A stretch of DNA of 63,454 nucleotides, counting the filler, from Octopus bimaculoides (taxonomy: Eukaryota): the NCBI RefSeq assembly GCF_001194135.2. It is 4 parts of 4 records of this genome, joined end to end, with 100 filler letters (N's around TTAATTAATTAA, not from the genome) between each part and the next. Parts side by side here need not be neighbours in the genome. Positions count along the whole stretch, not along the records: positions 58,235 to 63,454 come from NC_068995.1; 3 more parts are not named here. One strand, 5' to 3'. The notes under the pieces are model-generated. The model did no database searches, was not told the DNA's origin, and saw only the letters and a list, made by a program, of their open reading frames with translations. This document shows positions 61,296 through 63,454 of the stretch, in pieces (the first letter of the stretch is position 1; each line of letters begins with the position of its first letter). Both the position numbers and the translations under genes were made by a program.

Positions 61296-62185
61296 CGTGG
61301 TAGGATCAATAAGTATCCGGACTGTTGCCATAGTAACAAAGCTAAAGCACGAAGAATAAAGCCATTTGGCACGGATTGACCATGAACTCTGCTGTGCATG
61401 CGCACTAAGTCTTAACGTTCTAGCTCATTTCAGCTGTTTGCAGCAGTGCTTGGAAAGAAGGTGTGTAACGTGTGATCGTCGTATTGACCGTGGTAGAGAA
61501 AGTTGAGCACAGAATCTGCATCAAATTTTGCTAAAAGCTTAGCAATACCTGCTCAGAGGCCTACGCAAAGTTTTCAAAAAGTTTTCATCGTTCTCGACAC
61601 AATCAAGGAAATCTTGTGCAACTAAAACCGGAGTGTCTTTCTGGTCAGCTGAAAGTAGTTTTGGCACAAACTTGGCAGACACCCATCTCATACCCTAATC
61701 TTCAGTGATAATGGACTGAACTGAACCGTAACTAGTCTGCACATCCTCTGATAACTCACGGGTGGTGATTCGACGATTTCCTCTAACAGCTGCACGCACA
61801 TCTGCGATATTTTTTTCAATTCTGCTGGTTGCAGGTCTCCCAGAACGTTCGTCAATATCGACACTTTTCGTCCATCTTGGAAACGTCTGAACCACTCGTA
61901 CACTTGTGTGCGACTCATACACGCCTCTCCATGCACTTTCTGCAACTTTACTTAGGCCTCTGAGCAGGTACCGCCATGACAACTTTCTCTGTCATGGTCA
62001 ATGCGACGATCACATGCTACACACCTTCCTTCCAAGCACTGCTGTATACAGTGGAAGTTAAAACTTAGTGCGCATGCACAGCAGAGTTCAAGGTCTATCT
62101 TGCGAAGTGGCTTTACTTTGCATGCTTTAGGCTGTTACTATGGCAACATTCCGGATACTTATTGATATCTATTGATCAGACCTTG
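61296..62185. mobile_element. Non-autonomous mariner made of two inverted 5' ends
   Basis: TA flanks at 61294-95 and 62186-87. About 270 bp of inverted arms. The left arm (+) reads VEKVEHRICIKFC*KL. The right arm (-) reads MSRTQVYEWFRRF..., ERSGRP...RITTREL...VSAKFVPKLL (mariner HTH and WVPHEL-like motif). The junction shows CAAAGTT microhomology at 61566-61572. Confidence 0.92.
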
Positions 62186-62190
62186 TACAT

Positions 62191-62242
<52 letters not shown>

Positions 62243-63214
62243 TTATATATATANNNNNNNNNNNNNNNNNNNNNNNNNNNNNNNNNNNNNNNNNNNNNNN
62301 NNNNNNNNNNNNNNNNNNNNNNNNNNNNNNNNNNNNNNNNNNNNNNNNNNNNNNNNNNNNNNNNNNNNNNNNNNNNNNNNNNNNNNNNNNNNNNNNNNNN
62401 NNNNNNNNNNNNNNNNNNNNNNNNNNNNNNNNNNNNNNNNNNNNNNNNNNNNNNNNNNNNNNNNNNNNNNNNNNNNNNNNNNNNNNNNNNNNNNNNNNNN
62501 NNNNNNNNNNNNNNNNNNNNNNNNNNNNNNNNNNNNNNNNNNNNNNNNNNNNNNNNNNNNNNNNNNNNNNNNNNNNNNNNNNNNNNNNNNNNNNNATATA
62601 TATAACTTTTTTGCGTCTAGTTTATAGAATTTTTCATCCTTGCGATCATGATAACACAGCCCCGTTCTTATTGAAATAATGAAAACTATTCTTTACGTAA
62701 AAACCTTTCTCTTACGAACAAACACATACACGCTTGCACACACGCATACGCACACACATGCATACACACAAACACACGCATAGACACGCACACACCTTAT
62801 GTCTAGGGTTTGACGTGTGCCTGGGGTGTAGAGAGCACAAGGTGGTTTTGATTCGTAGTCTTAGCTGTTTGGCTTTCATCACACAAATACTCCGAACCAC
62901 AATAAACGTTCTCTCTCAATTCCACAGATTTAATCACACACTCAATGAAATCGCTGTTTACCAATAATAGTCAATCAAAATAATATAAATATTTGATGCC
63001 TGGAGACTTATCTCATTTCTTCAGTGAATGAAACGGAATTGTTTATTGGATTGTTTTTATTGCAAGACTCATCCCCCGTACGTCGGAAGTCAATTGCTTA
63101 AATGAAGTTCTTTCATTCAAACTCTCGCCACCTTATGCCCTTTATATCAGATATTTGAATGCGCATTTTTTTATTTAACACAAGAAATGCTTTAGTGAAT
63201 TTGAGATGAGTGCA

Positions 63215-63300
63215 AATAAGGCCGTGGGTTAAGAAATTCGTTATATGCACCTGGCTGCTGGTTCGAACCCATTACGCACAAACTTCGGTGAGTATCTTGT
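63215..63300 (+). mobile_element. Degenerate tRNA-like SINE head
   Basis: ggccgtgggttaagaaattcg...ggttcgaaccc (A/B-box-like). Confidence 0.45.
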
Positions 63301-63399
63301 ACCATACCGTTTGGTTGACCAATCAACTCGTTAGTCAAATTCTGATAAACAGAAAATATGTAGAAGCGCATCATAAATGTGTGTGCGAGTGTGTGAGTG

Positions 63400-63436
<37 letters not shown>

Positions 63437-63454
63437 GCGCGTGTGTGTGCGTGC

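Overview
AT-rich, microsatellite-dense, gapped eukaryotic DNA. The repeat families point to a cephalopod, probably Octopus (inference). It contains one clear protein-coding feature: a 1,710-nt terminal exon (16112-17821, +) of a dve/Compass/SATB-class gene. This exon encodes the C-terminal half of a SATB-like CUTL domain and two atypical K50 homeodomains; I could not find its upstream exons in the window. The rest is largely transposon-derived: several tRNA-headed SINE families, decayed RTE, R4/Dong-like and CR1/Jockey-like LINE fragments, Penelope-like termini with hammerhead-like motifs, Tigger, piggyBac-type and Helentron-type MITEs, a deleted hAT (Charlie/SPIN-like) element, and a mariner made of two inverted 5' ends. 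The most interesting unexplained signals are: a candidate recursive splice site with a stop-containing RS-exon (30635-30834); RFX X-boxes carried by palindromic transposon-like elements; a 28-bp G:U-compatible hairpin; a SINE-seeded 16/32-bp higher-order minisatellite; a two-finger C2H2 retro-fragment; and a possible very old nad2/cob-like NUMT. Three N-TTAATTAATTAA-N spacers are assembly joins, so contiguity across 27.7, 51.5 and 58.2 kb is not guaranteed. All calls were made by eye, and repeat boundaries are approximate unless TIRs or TSDs are quoted.
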